Shown piece by piece: positions 39,013 through 48,120 of a stretch of 64,000 nucleotides of DNA. The notes under the pieces are model-generated. The model was not told where the DNA came from, searched no databases, and was given only the letters and a program-made list of their open reading frames with translations. Position 1 is the first letter of the stretch. The number at the start of each line of letters is the position of its first letter. Source of the DNA: an uncultured Candidatus Sumerlaeota bacterium (GTDB taxonomy: Bacteria; Sumerlaeota; Sumerlaeia; MWCT01; JAGHBZ01); the NCBI GenBank assembly GCA_964608095.1, contig CAZSMK010000003.1, positions 1,076 to 65,075 of the forward strand, given 5' to 3'. The position numbers and the translations under genes were made by a program.

Positions 39013-40302
39013 TCAGGACGGCTTCTTAACAAGGCGTACTTGTCCGATTCTCAATCCGTCCATTGATATTATTTCGAGGCGTACATTGTCCACGTCGATC
39101 GTTTGTCCCTGGCTGGGAATCTCGCCGAGTTTTCTCTGGATCAATCCACCGAGGGTCTCATAGCCCTCCTTAGGTAATGATAAGCCAAGGCGGTGATTGA
39201 GATCGTCCAGATCGATCACTGCTTCCATGACATACGTGTGCTCCGCTTCTTCTATTATATCGATGTGTATACGGTCGAATTCATCTTCTATTTCGCCGAC
39301 CACCTCTTCTATGACATCCTCAAGAGTAATCCACCCGCTGCATGCGCCGAATTCATCAACCACGATAGCCATCTGTTCTCCTCGTTTGAGAAATTGTTCA
39401 AGCAGATCGTCAAGGGGTTTTGTCTCCGGCACATAGTATGCCTTGCAAATGAAGTCTTCGAGACGTTTGTCGGTCAGGTCTGAACGCAACAGGTGATAGA
39501 TATCGACATATCCGATTAAATTGATTACCTTATCTTTGTAAACAGGGAAGCGGGAGAAACCAGTCTTTCCCGCAAGCTCAATGACGCTATTTACGGTTTC
39601 CTTACCGAGCCGAATGGCAATAACATCATTTATGGGTTTCATCCCTTCACGTGTTAGAGTCTTTTCAAGTCCGAAGATTCTTCTTATCATGTCGCGCTCG
39701 GATGGTTTGCCATTCTCGGGTTCTTTGCCCGTCTCGGAGCCTATCATGCGCAATAAATCATCTTTGGTAAACGTGACGGGTTGAGGTTGTCGACGTATTC
39801 CGAATGGAGAAAAAAGGATTATGGTTATGGCGTTGAATATTTTAATGATGGGAAGAAAAATGATTTCAAAGAAGTGCAAGGGTTTTCCCAGCAAGAGCAG
39901 CATCTTTGTGGATTTCTGTCGAAAAATTTGTTTAGGCAAGATTTCGGCAAAAATGAGAAAGAGAGGAGTCAAGATAACGAGGTTGATCACCTCTTTGCTG
40001 GTGACTGTGCCCCAGAGGAAGGTGGCGGTGGACTCGGGAAGCAAAAGGGTGAAGAATTTTCTGCCGAAGAGAGACGCCAGAACCAGGCAAATATTATTTC
40101 CGACGAGTACGACGGCGATAACGTGTTGAATATCGCTTATCATTTTAAGAATTTCCGCAGCCCGCTCGTTTCCCTTCATCTCGAGATGCTGAAGACGTGC
40201 CTTATTTGCCGATATGGACGCAGTCTCCATACCTGAAAAGAAGGCGGAAAGGATGAGAAACACCAGTACGCCGATTATGTATGTGATAGCGATGAACGAC
40301 AT
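39013..40302 (-). CDS. CNNM/hemolysin-family (DUF21-CBS-CorC) membrane protein
   Basis: FFSGMETA, GNN, AEILPK, SRFPV, VVDEFG...TLEDVIEE.VGEI.DE. Confidence 0.9.
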   Translation of the reverse strand: MSFIAITYIIGVLVFLILSAFFSGMETASISANKARLQHLEMKGNERAAEILKMISDIQHVIAVVLVGNNICLVLASLFGRKFFTLLLPESTATFLWGTVTSKEVINLVILTPLFLIFAEILPKQIFRQKSTKMLLLLGKPLHFFEIIFLPIIKIFNAITIILFSPFGIRRQPQPVTFTKDDLLRMIGSETGKEPENGKPSERDMIRRIFGLEKTLTREGMKPINDVIAIRLGKETVNSVIELAGKTGFSRFPVYKDKVINLIGYVDIYHLLRSDLTDKRLEDFICKAYYVPETKPLDDLLEQFLKRGEQMAIVVDEFGACSGWITLEDVIEEVVGEIEDEFDRIHIDIIEEAEHTYVMEAVIDLDDLNHRLGLSLPKEGYETLGGLIQRKLGEIPSQGQTIDVDNVRLEIISMDGLRIGQVRLVKKPS

Positions 40303-40305
40303 TGA

Positions 40306-41760
40306 TTATTTATCCGATTGCTCGATGTTGTTTTTGGCCTCGTTGGGTAGGGAATGAATTATTATTTTTATCTGGGTCAAGCGGCGTTTAGTCTTCTGTA
40401 CTACAATGAATTCGACACCATTCACCGTGAGCGCTTCATCTTTTTCAGGGATTCTTTCGAGGGTATTAATGACAAAGCCTGCGATTGTCTGGGCAATCTT
40501 TTCAGAAAGGTTAAGCCCCAGTTCCTCGTTTATTCGCCATACTTCAGTACTTCCGGAGACCAGGTATTCATTCTCCGCGGTCTTTTGTATAAATGTGAGC
40601 CTTCGTGCCGAAGTCTCTTCGAGTTCTGAGACGATCTCCTCGAGCACGTCCTGAAGTGTCACCACCCCGGCAATGCCTCCATATTCATCCACTACTATGG
40701 AGAGATGGGAATGATGTTGCTGAAAATCACGTAACAAAGCTATGAGTGGTTGTGTCGGTGGTGCGATAACGGGTTCCCGTAACAGTTCTTCAAGAGGCTT
40801 GTCAGGGTTGAGAAAAAGATCCTTGGCGTGAAGGACACCCACTACATTATCTATTTGATTCTTATAGATAATCACGCGGTTGTGGTTTCCCTCCTTGAGT
40901 GCAGCAAGCAGTTTTGTACGGTCAAGGTCGATCGGGTATGCTTCAATTTCCATACGAGGCGTCATCACCTCTTCGACGATGGTATCACCCAGCTCCAGCA
41001 CGCCTTCTATCATTTCTTGTTCATCTTCGGGAAGGATGTTGGTGACCTCGCTGGTAGCAAGCAGAATTTTTATTTCTTCCTCGCTCAAGGTCGCGGTCTG
41101 CAGTGCCGGTTCCACGTGTAAGATTTTTAACACCGAGTCGGTGAAAATATGTATGAGCTCGCGAAAGGGCACGATGAGATAGTGCCAGAAGAGGAGAGGG
41201 AATCCGACAAGGAGTGCGAAAGACTCGGCATGGCTTATTCCTATTGTTTTCGGTGTAATTTCTCCGACAATGAGAATGACAATGGCGACCGCAACAGCAC
41301 CAATGATAAAGGATAGAACGGGTGAATGCTGAATATACCGTTCAGCAAGGATGCCGGCACATAGAGCCGCCGCTATATTGACAATCGTGTTGCCGAGCAA
41401 AATGGTGGTAAGAGTTTCATTAGGAGATTGAAGCATTTTCAAAACAGGTCGAGATAGATGCGGGTGGCGTTGCGAGAGAGTGTTTAACCGCATCTTATCC
41501 AGCGAAAACAACGCGGTCTCTGAACCCGAGAAGAGAGCTGAGAGTAGCAGGAAGAAGAGAAGAAGAATGAAAAGAGGAAGAAGGGAATAAGAAGAGGGTG
41601 ATGAGGAAGCAGCAGCAACCATCGCCCGGACACAATCGACCGAGTCAAGGCTCGAAAACACCTCTATGTTATCTATAAATGACGTCGAGTCCAACGTTAT
41701 AGCCTTCACACCGATACAATGTATTACACCCATTATAACGATCAATTGAGCCTCTGGCAA
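40306..41760 (-). CDS. CNNM/hemolysin-family (DUF21-CBS-CorC) membrane protein
   Basis: FSGSETALFSL, GN, GEITPK, VMTPR, VDEYGG...TLQDVLEEIV. True start probably downstream of 41760. Confidence 0.88.
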   Translation of the reverse strand: MPEAQLIVIMGVIHCIGVKAITLDSTSFIDNIEVFSSLDSVDCVRAMVAAASSSPSSYSLLPLFILLLFFLLLSALFSGSETALFSLDKMRLNTLSQRHPHLSRPVLKMLQSPNETLTTILLGNTIVNIAAALCAGILAERYIQHSPVLSFIIGAVAVAIVILIVGEITPKTIGISHAESFALLVGFPLLFWHYLIVPFRELIHIFTDSVLKILHVEPALQTATLSEEEIKILLATSEVTNILPEDEQEMIEGVLELGDTIVEEVMTPRMEIEAYPIDLDRTKLLAALKEGNHNRVIIYKNQIDNVVGVLHAKDLFLNPDKPLEELLREPVIAPPTQPLIALLRDFQQHHSHLSIVVDEYGGIAGVVTLQDVLEEIVSELEETSARRLTFIQKTAENEYLVSGSTEVWRINEELGLNLSEKIAQTIAGFVINTLERIPEKDEALTVNGVEFIVVQKTKRRLTQIKIIIHSLPNEAKNNIEQSDK

Positions 41761-41855
41761 CTTATTTATTGTAAATTATCCTTGATTACTAAACTTATAT
41801 TGTATTAAATCTTATCCACATTCGTAAACTAAAAGAAGAGAGAAAGGGAATAACA

Positions 41856-42287
41856 ATGCAAGCCTGGCTTATATGGATAATATTCGCTGCGATCCTTCTG
41901 GTTGCCGAGATTTTCACGGCGGGTTTTTTTCTCATGTGGTTTTCGGTCGCCGCCGGGGTTGCCGGTTTACTTGCACTGGCAGGCTTAGGTCTCGCCGTTC
42001 AATGGGCGGCATTTGTCGTCTTGTCCGTAGTGCTTGTCATTGCCTCCCGTCCACTCGCGGATAAAATGGCGGGGAAACAACCCCCGGGTGTCGGCGCTGA
42101 CCGGTATATAGATTGTGCCGGCATCGTCATCGAGCAAATCGACCCGGAGAAAGGAACGGGACTTGTTCGAGTAAAGGGAGATGAATGGCGTGCAGAAAGC
42201 TCCGATGGCACTACGCTTCCGGAGGGGACAAAAATTCAAGTCATTGCAGTCGACGGAACGCGATTGGTTGTACGTAGAAAAATATAA
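41856..42287 (+). CDS. NfeD-family membrane protein
   Basis: Three TM helices then OB-fold motif G.V.V.GDEW.A; precedes an SPFH gene. Confidence 0.88.
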   Translation: MQAWLIWIIFAAILLVAEIFTAGFFLMWFSVAAGVAGLLALAGLGLAVQWAAFVVLSVVLVIASRPLADKMAGKQPPGVGADRYIDCAGIVIEQIDPEKGTGLVRVKGDEWRAESSDGTTLPEGTKIQVIAVDGTRLVVRRKI

Positions 42288-42336
42288 TAGTATATGTACG
42301 TGAAAAAAATCTTTGCACATACAGAGGAGGAATCTC

Positions 42337-43275
42337 ATGGATTCAGCAATAGTGGTCTTTTTTGTCATTGCAGGTATTGCAATCTTTATTATTGCCTCGC
42401 AAGCGTTAAAGATCGTTCGTCCGTGGGAACGAGGCTTGATCGAACGGCTGGGCAGGTATAAACGTACGGTCGACAGCGGACTTAAGGTGTTAGTGCCCTT
42501 TTTAGAGCACATTCTGCGAGTAGATATGCGCGAACAAGTCGTTGATGTTCCTCCCCAGGATGTCATAACCCAGGATAACGTAGTCGTCAAAGTCGATGCC
42601 GTGGTGTATTTCGAGGTCACGGACCCCGTAAAGGTCACCTACAATGTTGCCAACTTTTATCTTGCCGCGATTAAACTCGCCCAGACCAACTTACGTAACC
42701 TCGTCGGTGATATGGAGCTCGATAAGTCGCTCACCTCGCGTGAAGTGATCAACACGAAGCTTCGGCAGATTCTGGACGATGCGACAGACCGGTGGGGAGT
42801 TAAAGTAACGCGTGTCGAGCTGCAGCGAATCGAACCCCCAGCAGATGTGACGCAGGCAATGCATCGCCAGATGAAGGCGGAGCGAGATCGGCGTGCCGCC
42901 ATCCTGGAAGCGGAAGGGCTCAAACAAGCCGCCATCCTCAAAGCCGAAGGACAGAGGCAAGCGTACATTCTCGAGGCGGAAGGCAAAGCCGAAGCGGTCA
43001 AGAAAGTAGCTGACGCGGAAAAATACAAGCGCATCACCGTAGCGTTGGGTGAAGCTGACGCGGTAAAGACGGTGTATAACGCCATTCACGAAGGTGCTCC
43101 CACCAATGATCTTATTGCGATCAAATATCTTGAGGCATTGCAATCCATCGCCAATGGTAAAGCGACCAAGATCTTTCTTCCTCTCGAAGCATCGGGCGTA
43201 ATGGGGAGCATCGCAGGCGTAGCGGAGCTGTTCAAAGAACAAAAGAGAGGGCGGGAAAGCAGCGAAGAAAAGTAG
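42337..43275 (+). CDS. SPFH/band 7 (stomatin-like, QmcA-type) protein
   Basis: ERLG, VITQDNV, QTNLR, WGVKVTRVE, QMKAER; ATG 42337 after GAGGA. Confidence 0.92.
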   Translation: MDSAIVVFFVIAGIAIFIIASQALKIVRPWERGLIERLGRYKRTVDSGLKVLVPFLEHILRVDMREQVVDVPPQDVITQDNVVVKVDAVVYFEVTDPVKVTYNVANFYLAAIKLAQTNLRNLVGDMELDKSLTSREVINTKLRQILDDATDRWGVKVTRVELQRIEPPADVTQAMHRQMKAERDRRAAILEAEGLKQAAILKAEGQRQAYILEAEGKAEAVKKVADAEKYKRITVALGEADAVKTVYNAIHEGAPTNDLIAIKYLEALQSIANGKATKIFLPLEASGVMGSIAGVAELFKEQKRGRESSEEK

Positions 43276-43347
43276 GGTCTAAGATCAGGGATACCACCAC
43301 GCACTTTGGGATATTCATGACGTTACTTTGCCACCGGATGAAGATTT

Positions 43348-44019
43348 ATGACAAAACCTAAACGCGGGACTTTCTCACTAACGCGGGCAATGACCTACCT
43401 GAGGAAGAAAGCGCAAGAATGGCGCCTGCCAACGGTTACCGAGCATGCGCGGTTTCAAAGAGACCCATTCCGTGTGTTGATATCCACTATACTCAGTTCG
43501 CGCACAAAAGACGAGGTGACAAGGGCTGCGACGCGGCGGCTTTTTGCACGGGCTGCTACACCCGATGATATGCTCTCCATTCCGGAAAAAGAGATCGCCC
43601 GCTTGATTTTTCCCGTAGGATTTTATAATACCAAGGCGCGCATGATTCGGAACACCTGTGCAGCCCTGGTCGCTCATCATGAGGGGAAAGTGCCGGAGGA
43701 AATGAACCAACTTCTTGAACTTCCCGGTGTGGGCAGAAAAACCGCAAACCTGGTGATTACGCTCGGTTTTCGTAAAGCCGGTATTTGCGTCGATACCCAC
43801 GTCCACCGGATAAGCAATCGTTGGGGAATAGTCCGGACAAAGACTCCTCAAAAGACCGAAGAGGCGTTGCGACGAGTCCTCCCACGACGCTACTGGCTCG
43901 AATTTAATTCGCTCCTTGTTGCATTCGGTCAAAATATTTGTACACCCCTTTCGCCACGCTGTTCGGAATGCGGGCTAACGAGTTTTTGCCCGAAAATCGG
44001 GGTGAACACGCATCGCTAA
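43348..44019 (+). CDS. nth: Endonuclease III
   Basis: HhH LPGVGRKTA, VDTHV.R, C-x6-C-x2-C-x5-C cluster motif. Confidence 0.93.
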   Translation: MTKPKRGTFSLTRAMTYLRKKAQEWRLPTVTEHARFQRDPFRVLISTILSSRTKDEVTRAATRRLFARAATPDDMLSIPEKEIARLIFPVGFYNTKARMIRNTCAALVAHHEGKVPEEMNQLLELPGVGRKTANLVITLGFRKAGICVDTHVHRISNRWGIVRTKTPQKTEEALRRVLPRRYWLEFNSLLVAFGQNICTPLSPRCSECGLTSFCPKIGVNTHR

Positions 44020-44176
44020 AGCGTCCTTTTTATCCAGATAGTTGTTGCTGCTCCTCCGTGTGTCGTTTGGCGTAATGTATGGTTCGGAGAAAAATAACGC
44101 ACAACAATAAAGAACTCCCTTGATTTTTAACCTGAAGTGCAAAATACTTTTCAGATTTCCTTAAGGATAAAAATGT

Positions 44177-44899
44177 ATGCGCCCCTTTATAGGATTAACG
44201 TCTGATTGGCGGGAACCGCCGTTGTATGCCCCCGCTGCAAATGTCTGTGTAAATTTTCTGGACGGGATTATCCGGGCAGGGGGATTTCCTGTTCTTCTCT
44301 CTCCCGTGATGAAAGATGATTTCATCGACGAGGCACTGCATGCTTTGAGTGGTGTTATCGTTGTGGGAGGTCCTGACCTCCATCCGGAAATATTGAACGA
44401 AAACGCGCATCCTATGTCGCAACCCATGAACACGATTCGGCAAGAGTTTGAACTTCCTCTTGTGAGGAAAGCAGTTGCAATGAACAAAGCGGTTCTTGGG
44501 GTATGTCTCGGGATACAGGTAATAAATATTGCCCTCGGGGGTAAGATACACCAGGATGTACCGGACGGTTTCAAGGATTCAGAAACCCGACATCGAAAAA
44601 AGACAGGATGTTCGTTTACCGAACATTCGGTCACAATCGCTGCGGACTCACTCCTTCGCAGAATAATAGGAAAAGATGAGGTGATCGTCAACAGCAGTCA
44701 CCATCAGGCGGTTTCGGTTCCGGCGCCGGGTTTGCGCTCCGTTGCATGGGCGCCGGATGGGGTCATTGAGGCGATCGAATCATCTGGCGACACCCACATT
44801 CTCGGTGTCCAATGGCATCCCGAATATCTCACCGACCGCGAGGAACACTTCAACCTCTTCCGCTGGGTGGTCGACCCATCCACATTTTATCTGCAATAA
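44177..44899 (+). CDS. Gamma-glutamyl-gamma-aminobutyrate hydrolase family (peptidase C26)
   Basis: GGPD, LGVCLG.Q, VNSSHHQ, GVQWHPE. Confidence 0.9.
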   Translation: MRPFIGLTSDWREPPLYAPAANVCVNFLDGIIRAGGFPVLLSPVMKDDFIDEALHALSGVIVVGGPDLHPEILNENAHPMSQPMNTIRQEFELPLVRKAVAMNKAVLGVCLGIQVINIALGGKIHQDVPDGFKDSETRHRKKTGCSFTEHSVTIAADSLLRRIIGKDEVIVNSSHHQAVSVPAPGLRSVAWAPDGVIEAIESSGDTHILGVQWHPEYLTDREEHFNLFRWVVDPSTFYLQ

Positions 44900-45108
44900 T
44901 CTCCATTAAACTTCACTGCCGGCAAGTACCCTAACCCTCGTTTTATTTGACCATATCGTGAGTCATCTCAGAAAAACTACAAAGTGGAAATAGGTAATTA
45001 AAAAGTAGAATCAGGTGATTGTCTTTAGTTTTGGAATCATTTAATTTGAAAGTTAAGCCGTAAGTAAACGCGGAATAAGAAAACAATAAAAAAGGAGGAA
45101 TCTTTAAG

Positions 45109-45675
45109 ATGTATCGAAAGAACATAGGAAAATACCTCTGTATTCTTATTATCGTAATCAGCGGTATAACGACCATCATCGCCCAAAAAAGCGGTGATAT
45201 GGCAAAGGCACATGTAGAACTAATCAATCCCGAAAACGAGAAAGTGGGGACGGTCGACTTGGTGGAGACTGAAAAAGGAGTCAAGGTAAAGCTTACCATA
45301 ACAAATCTGGCACCGGGAGAGCATGCGCTACATATCCATGAATATGGAAAATGCGAACCACCTGACTTTAAATCCGCCGGCGGTCATTTTAATCCTTATG
45401 GCACTGAGCATGGCTTTCTAAATCCCAAAGGACCGCATGCGGGCGATCTTCCGAATTTTACCGTTGAAGAGGACGGCACCGCAAAGTATTCCATTACAAC
45501 CAAACGTGTCACGCTCGAAGACGGGAAAGAAAATTCTCTATTTCGTGAAGGAGGGACCTCAATTGTAATCCATCAAAACCCGGACGATTATCTTACCGAT
45601 CCGGCTGGTGGCGGAGGTGCAAGAATCGCATGTGGAATAATAACAAAAGTAGAGAAGAAAAAGGAGATGGAATAA
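45109..45675 (+). CDS. sodC: Exported Cu/Zn superoxide dismutase
   Basis: Signal peptide; HALHIH, SAGGHFNP, HAGDLPN, VIH, GARIACG. Confidence 0.93.
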   Translation: MYRKNIGKYLCILIIVISGITTIIAQKSGDMAKAHVELINPENEKVGTVDLVETEKGVKVKLTITNLAPGEHALHIHEYGKCEPPDFKSAGGHFNPYGTEHGFLNPKGPHAGDLPNFTVEEDGTAKYSITTKRVTLEDGKENSLFREGGTSIVIHQNPDDYLTDPAGGGGARIACGIITKVEKKKEME

Positions 45676-46044
45676 GTCTCGAAGATTCAAGAAGGCACTA
45701 CGGAAAACTTTACAAAAATCTACATTACGGGTACTAACTGACAGGCAAAAAGAGGTTCTCTGCATCTGGATGATCGGATGTGAGAGCCTCTTTTTTTTAA
45801 TAAAATAGAGCAAGGTGGAAAAAGGTCTATAAAAGGAAGAAACGGCATATTGTTTCTTTTATGTCAGTTATTCAGAATAAGTGGAAATTCAATCGAGGAA
45901 TGTATGTTCTTTATGGAAATTCTTTCATGGATATCGAATTACACGTTCAAAGAACTTATTCACATTTGCATTTTTTTGATTATTTAGAAATAGAACATGG
46001 AGCAGGGATTAAATTTTGAAACGCTGATTAAAAGGAGGAGAATC

Positions 46045-47016
46045 ATGCCACAAGACACAAAATTAGTAGTAATAAAGACAGGTATCCTCTACGGGGCGGA
46101 GAAGTTCGGCAAATTAGATAGCGTCCTTCTACATTCACCTGAAAAATCCTTGAAGCTGGTCAATAGGAAAAATTACCATGATTGGAGGTTTAAAAAGGCG
46201 CCGGATTTGGATAAGCTCTTTGCGGAATTCGAAGAATATCGCGATCTGCTCGATTTCTACGATGTTCAGGTCTATGAACTATCGGATTATGTGAATGAGA
46301 ACAGGCATCTCGTGGATATTTCTCCGAACCTGACCTACTTGCGCGACATATCTTATGTTACACGTAAAGGCGCGATAGTGTCTCAAATGGGGTGTCCGGC
46401 ACGTAAACTCGAACAAAATATTATCAAGGAGAGTTTTGGAAATCTCGGTATACCGATTCTGTATGAGTTTGACGGTTTAGATGACGCATTTGAAGGCTGC
46501 CTGTTCCTGAATAAGGACACTCTCCTCTTGTTAGAAAGCGACCGTTCAAAAAGGTCTTCAATCAGCAGTTTCATTCGCAGGGCAGTTAAGGAATTTGATG
46601 AAGTGGTAGTGGCTTCTGTTCATGATAAAAAACGATTCTTGCATCCGGATACAGTTATCAACAGGGTGACTCCCCATCTTGTCCTTGCGTATTTACCGGC
46701 ATTCGAGAAGACGTTTCTGTTTGGTCAAGGCTACGCTGAAGAGATTAATTTTGTTGAATATCTGAAGAGCAAGTATATCGATGTCATTTCGATCACGGAG
46801 GAAGAACAACAACTCAGGGGGTGCTCATTTGTACCGTACATGAGTGGAATTCTTTTCTATTCCGAAGGAAGCCTGAGCGCGATAACCGAGAAGCAACTTG
46901 CCCGGCACGATGTGGAGCTTATCCCGCTCAAAACAGAAGAACTGCGCGGCATCGGTGGAAGTCTGAGCGCCCACACCCTTGAACTTCATCGCGATTGTTC
47001 TTTTCATATCGGCTAA
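46045..47016 (+). CDS. Arginine deiminase/amidinotransferase-fold protein lacking the catalytic Cys
   Basis: E.G.L.SVLLH.P, NL.Y.RD, FEG, HPDT, EL...GGSLSAHT. Start moved to ATG 46045 after AGGAGG. Confidence 0.75.
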   Translation: MPQDTKLVVIKTGILYGAEKFGKLDSVLLHSPEKSLKLVNRKNYHDWRFKKAPDLDKLFAEFEEYRDLLDFYDVQVYELSDYVNENRHLVDISPNLTYLRDISYVTRKGAIVSQMGCPARKLEQNIIKESFGNLGIPILYEFDGLDDAFEGCLFLNKDTLLLLESDRSKRSSISSFIRRAVKEFDEVVVASVHDKKRFLHPDTVINRVTPHLVLAYLPAFEKTFLFGQGYAEEINFVEYLKSKYIDVISITEEEQQLRGCSFVPYMSGILFYSEGSLSAITEKQLARHDVELIPLKTEELRGIGGSLSAHTLELHRDCSFHIG

Positions 47017-47061
47017 ATGAAGAGCGAACGACTTTAAAAAAAATCGAGAAAGGAGCAAAAT

Positions 47062-47247
47062 ATGCGAGCAAAAGTAGATAGAGAGACTTGCATTGGCAGC
47101 GCTGAATGCACACAAACATGCCCTGAGGTTTTTGAGTTGAAGGAGGGCAAAGCGCACGTCCATGCCGATCCTGTTCCCGAAGGGGTAGAGGACAAATGCC
47201 GGGAAGCCGCAGAAAATTGCCCTGTTGGCGCCATTACACTTGAATAA
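47062..47247 (+). CDS. Single-cluster ferredoxin
   Basis: CIGSAEC...CPEVF...CPVGAI; AAGGAG RBS. Confidence 0.9.
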   Translation: MRAKVDRETCIGSAECTQTCPEVFELKEGKAHVHADPVPEGVEDKCREAAENCPVGAITLE

Positions 47248-47496
47248 TTATTCCGAATTACCGGGCTTTGTAATACTTCCTTTACGCCAGGTATGCAACT
47301 TTCCTTCAAGCCAAAAGCCAAATTTAAGCATCACAAAATTTTGTTTACCGTAATGACGGCGGTTTGGTAGCACGATTCCGATGTGATTTGAAAAACCTCC
47401 CAAAGTCTTTCCCTGCATTTTATTCATAGTAGTTGACCTGCAGTTCTGTACACATTAAAAAGACCTATTACGTACGAAACGAACAAAGATAACGTC

Positions 47497-48120
47497 ATGC
47501 GGAAAGTATCGCTCAAAATAATTATTGTTCTCATGTTCCTCATAGTAGTAGGGGAGGGGCTTTATACCATTTTCAGGATTCAGAAAGCAGGATACGGGAT
47601 AAGCCGTATGCTGATACACCGTGGAAACGAACGACCTCTGGGGGTGCTGCTTTTTTGCTATGAGGATGAGGAGTTCCAATCACTTAAAAAAATCATTTAT
47701 CTCGAGCGCGGCTTTCCCCTCGATTTCAAAAAAATAAAAGTCCCGGGACCTGAAATCCCCGTGTGGAAATTTTCGTGCAGGATTATGGCTTTTTTGAACG
47801 TCGGCGAGGACACGGTTATCGATCAGATGGTCTTCCGCAGCAAAGACGGGTATACGGTGTTTCTTGATGGCAAAAACGTTGCGGACTTTCGTGACAACAC
47901 ATCCTGGGTGCCGAATATAATTCAGGATATTAATTTGAAAGAGGGGCTTCATTCTCTCGAGATACGATTATGGGTGAGGACGTTTGGGGGCTATATGGAT
48001 GTTCAATGGCGAAAGAAAGATGATGCTATGCCGTATTCAATTTCGCTTGACCGTCTTGTCCCCGGCATTCCTGTAAATTTCAGCCATGACCTTTCGAACC
48101 ATGATAAAACGGAAAAGTAA
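47497..48120 (+). CDS. Membrane-anchored PA14-like domain protein
   Basis: N-terminal TM; FRSKDG..VFLDG, LKEGLHSLEI, 'GGYMDVQW'. Confidence 0.6.
   Translation: MRKVSLKIIIVLMFLIVVGEGLYTIFRIQKAGYGISRMLIHRGNERPLGVLLFCYEDEEFQSLKKIIYLERGFPLDFKKIKVPGPEIPVWKFSCRIMAFLNVGEDTVIDQMVFRSKDGYTVFLDGKNVADFRDNTSWVPNIIQDINLKEGLHSLEIRLWVRTFGGYMDVQWRKKDDAMPYSISLDRLVPGIPVNFSHDLSNHDKTEK

Noticed and set aside
39013-41760. Tandem 'hemolysin' genes as toxins or a novelty
   Set aside because: They are CNNM/CorB-type metal-homeostasis proteins, and tandem pairs are common.
44177-44899. Glutamine amidotransferase as the missing PurQ
   Set aside because: Motifs fit peptidase C26/PuuD, not PurQ (no PGGFSYGD or GICNGFQ).
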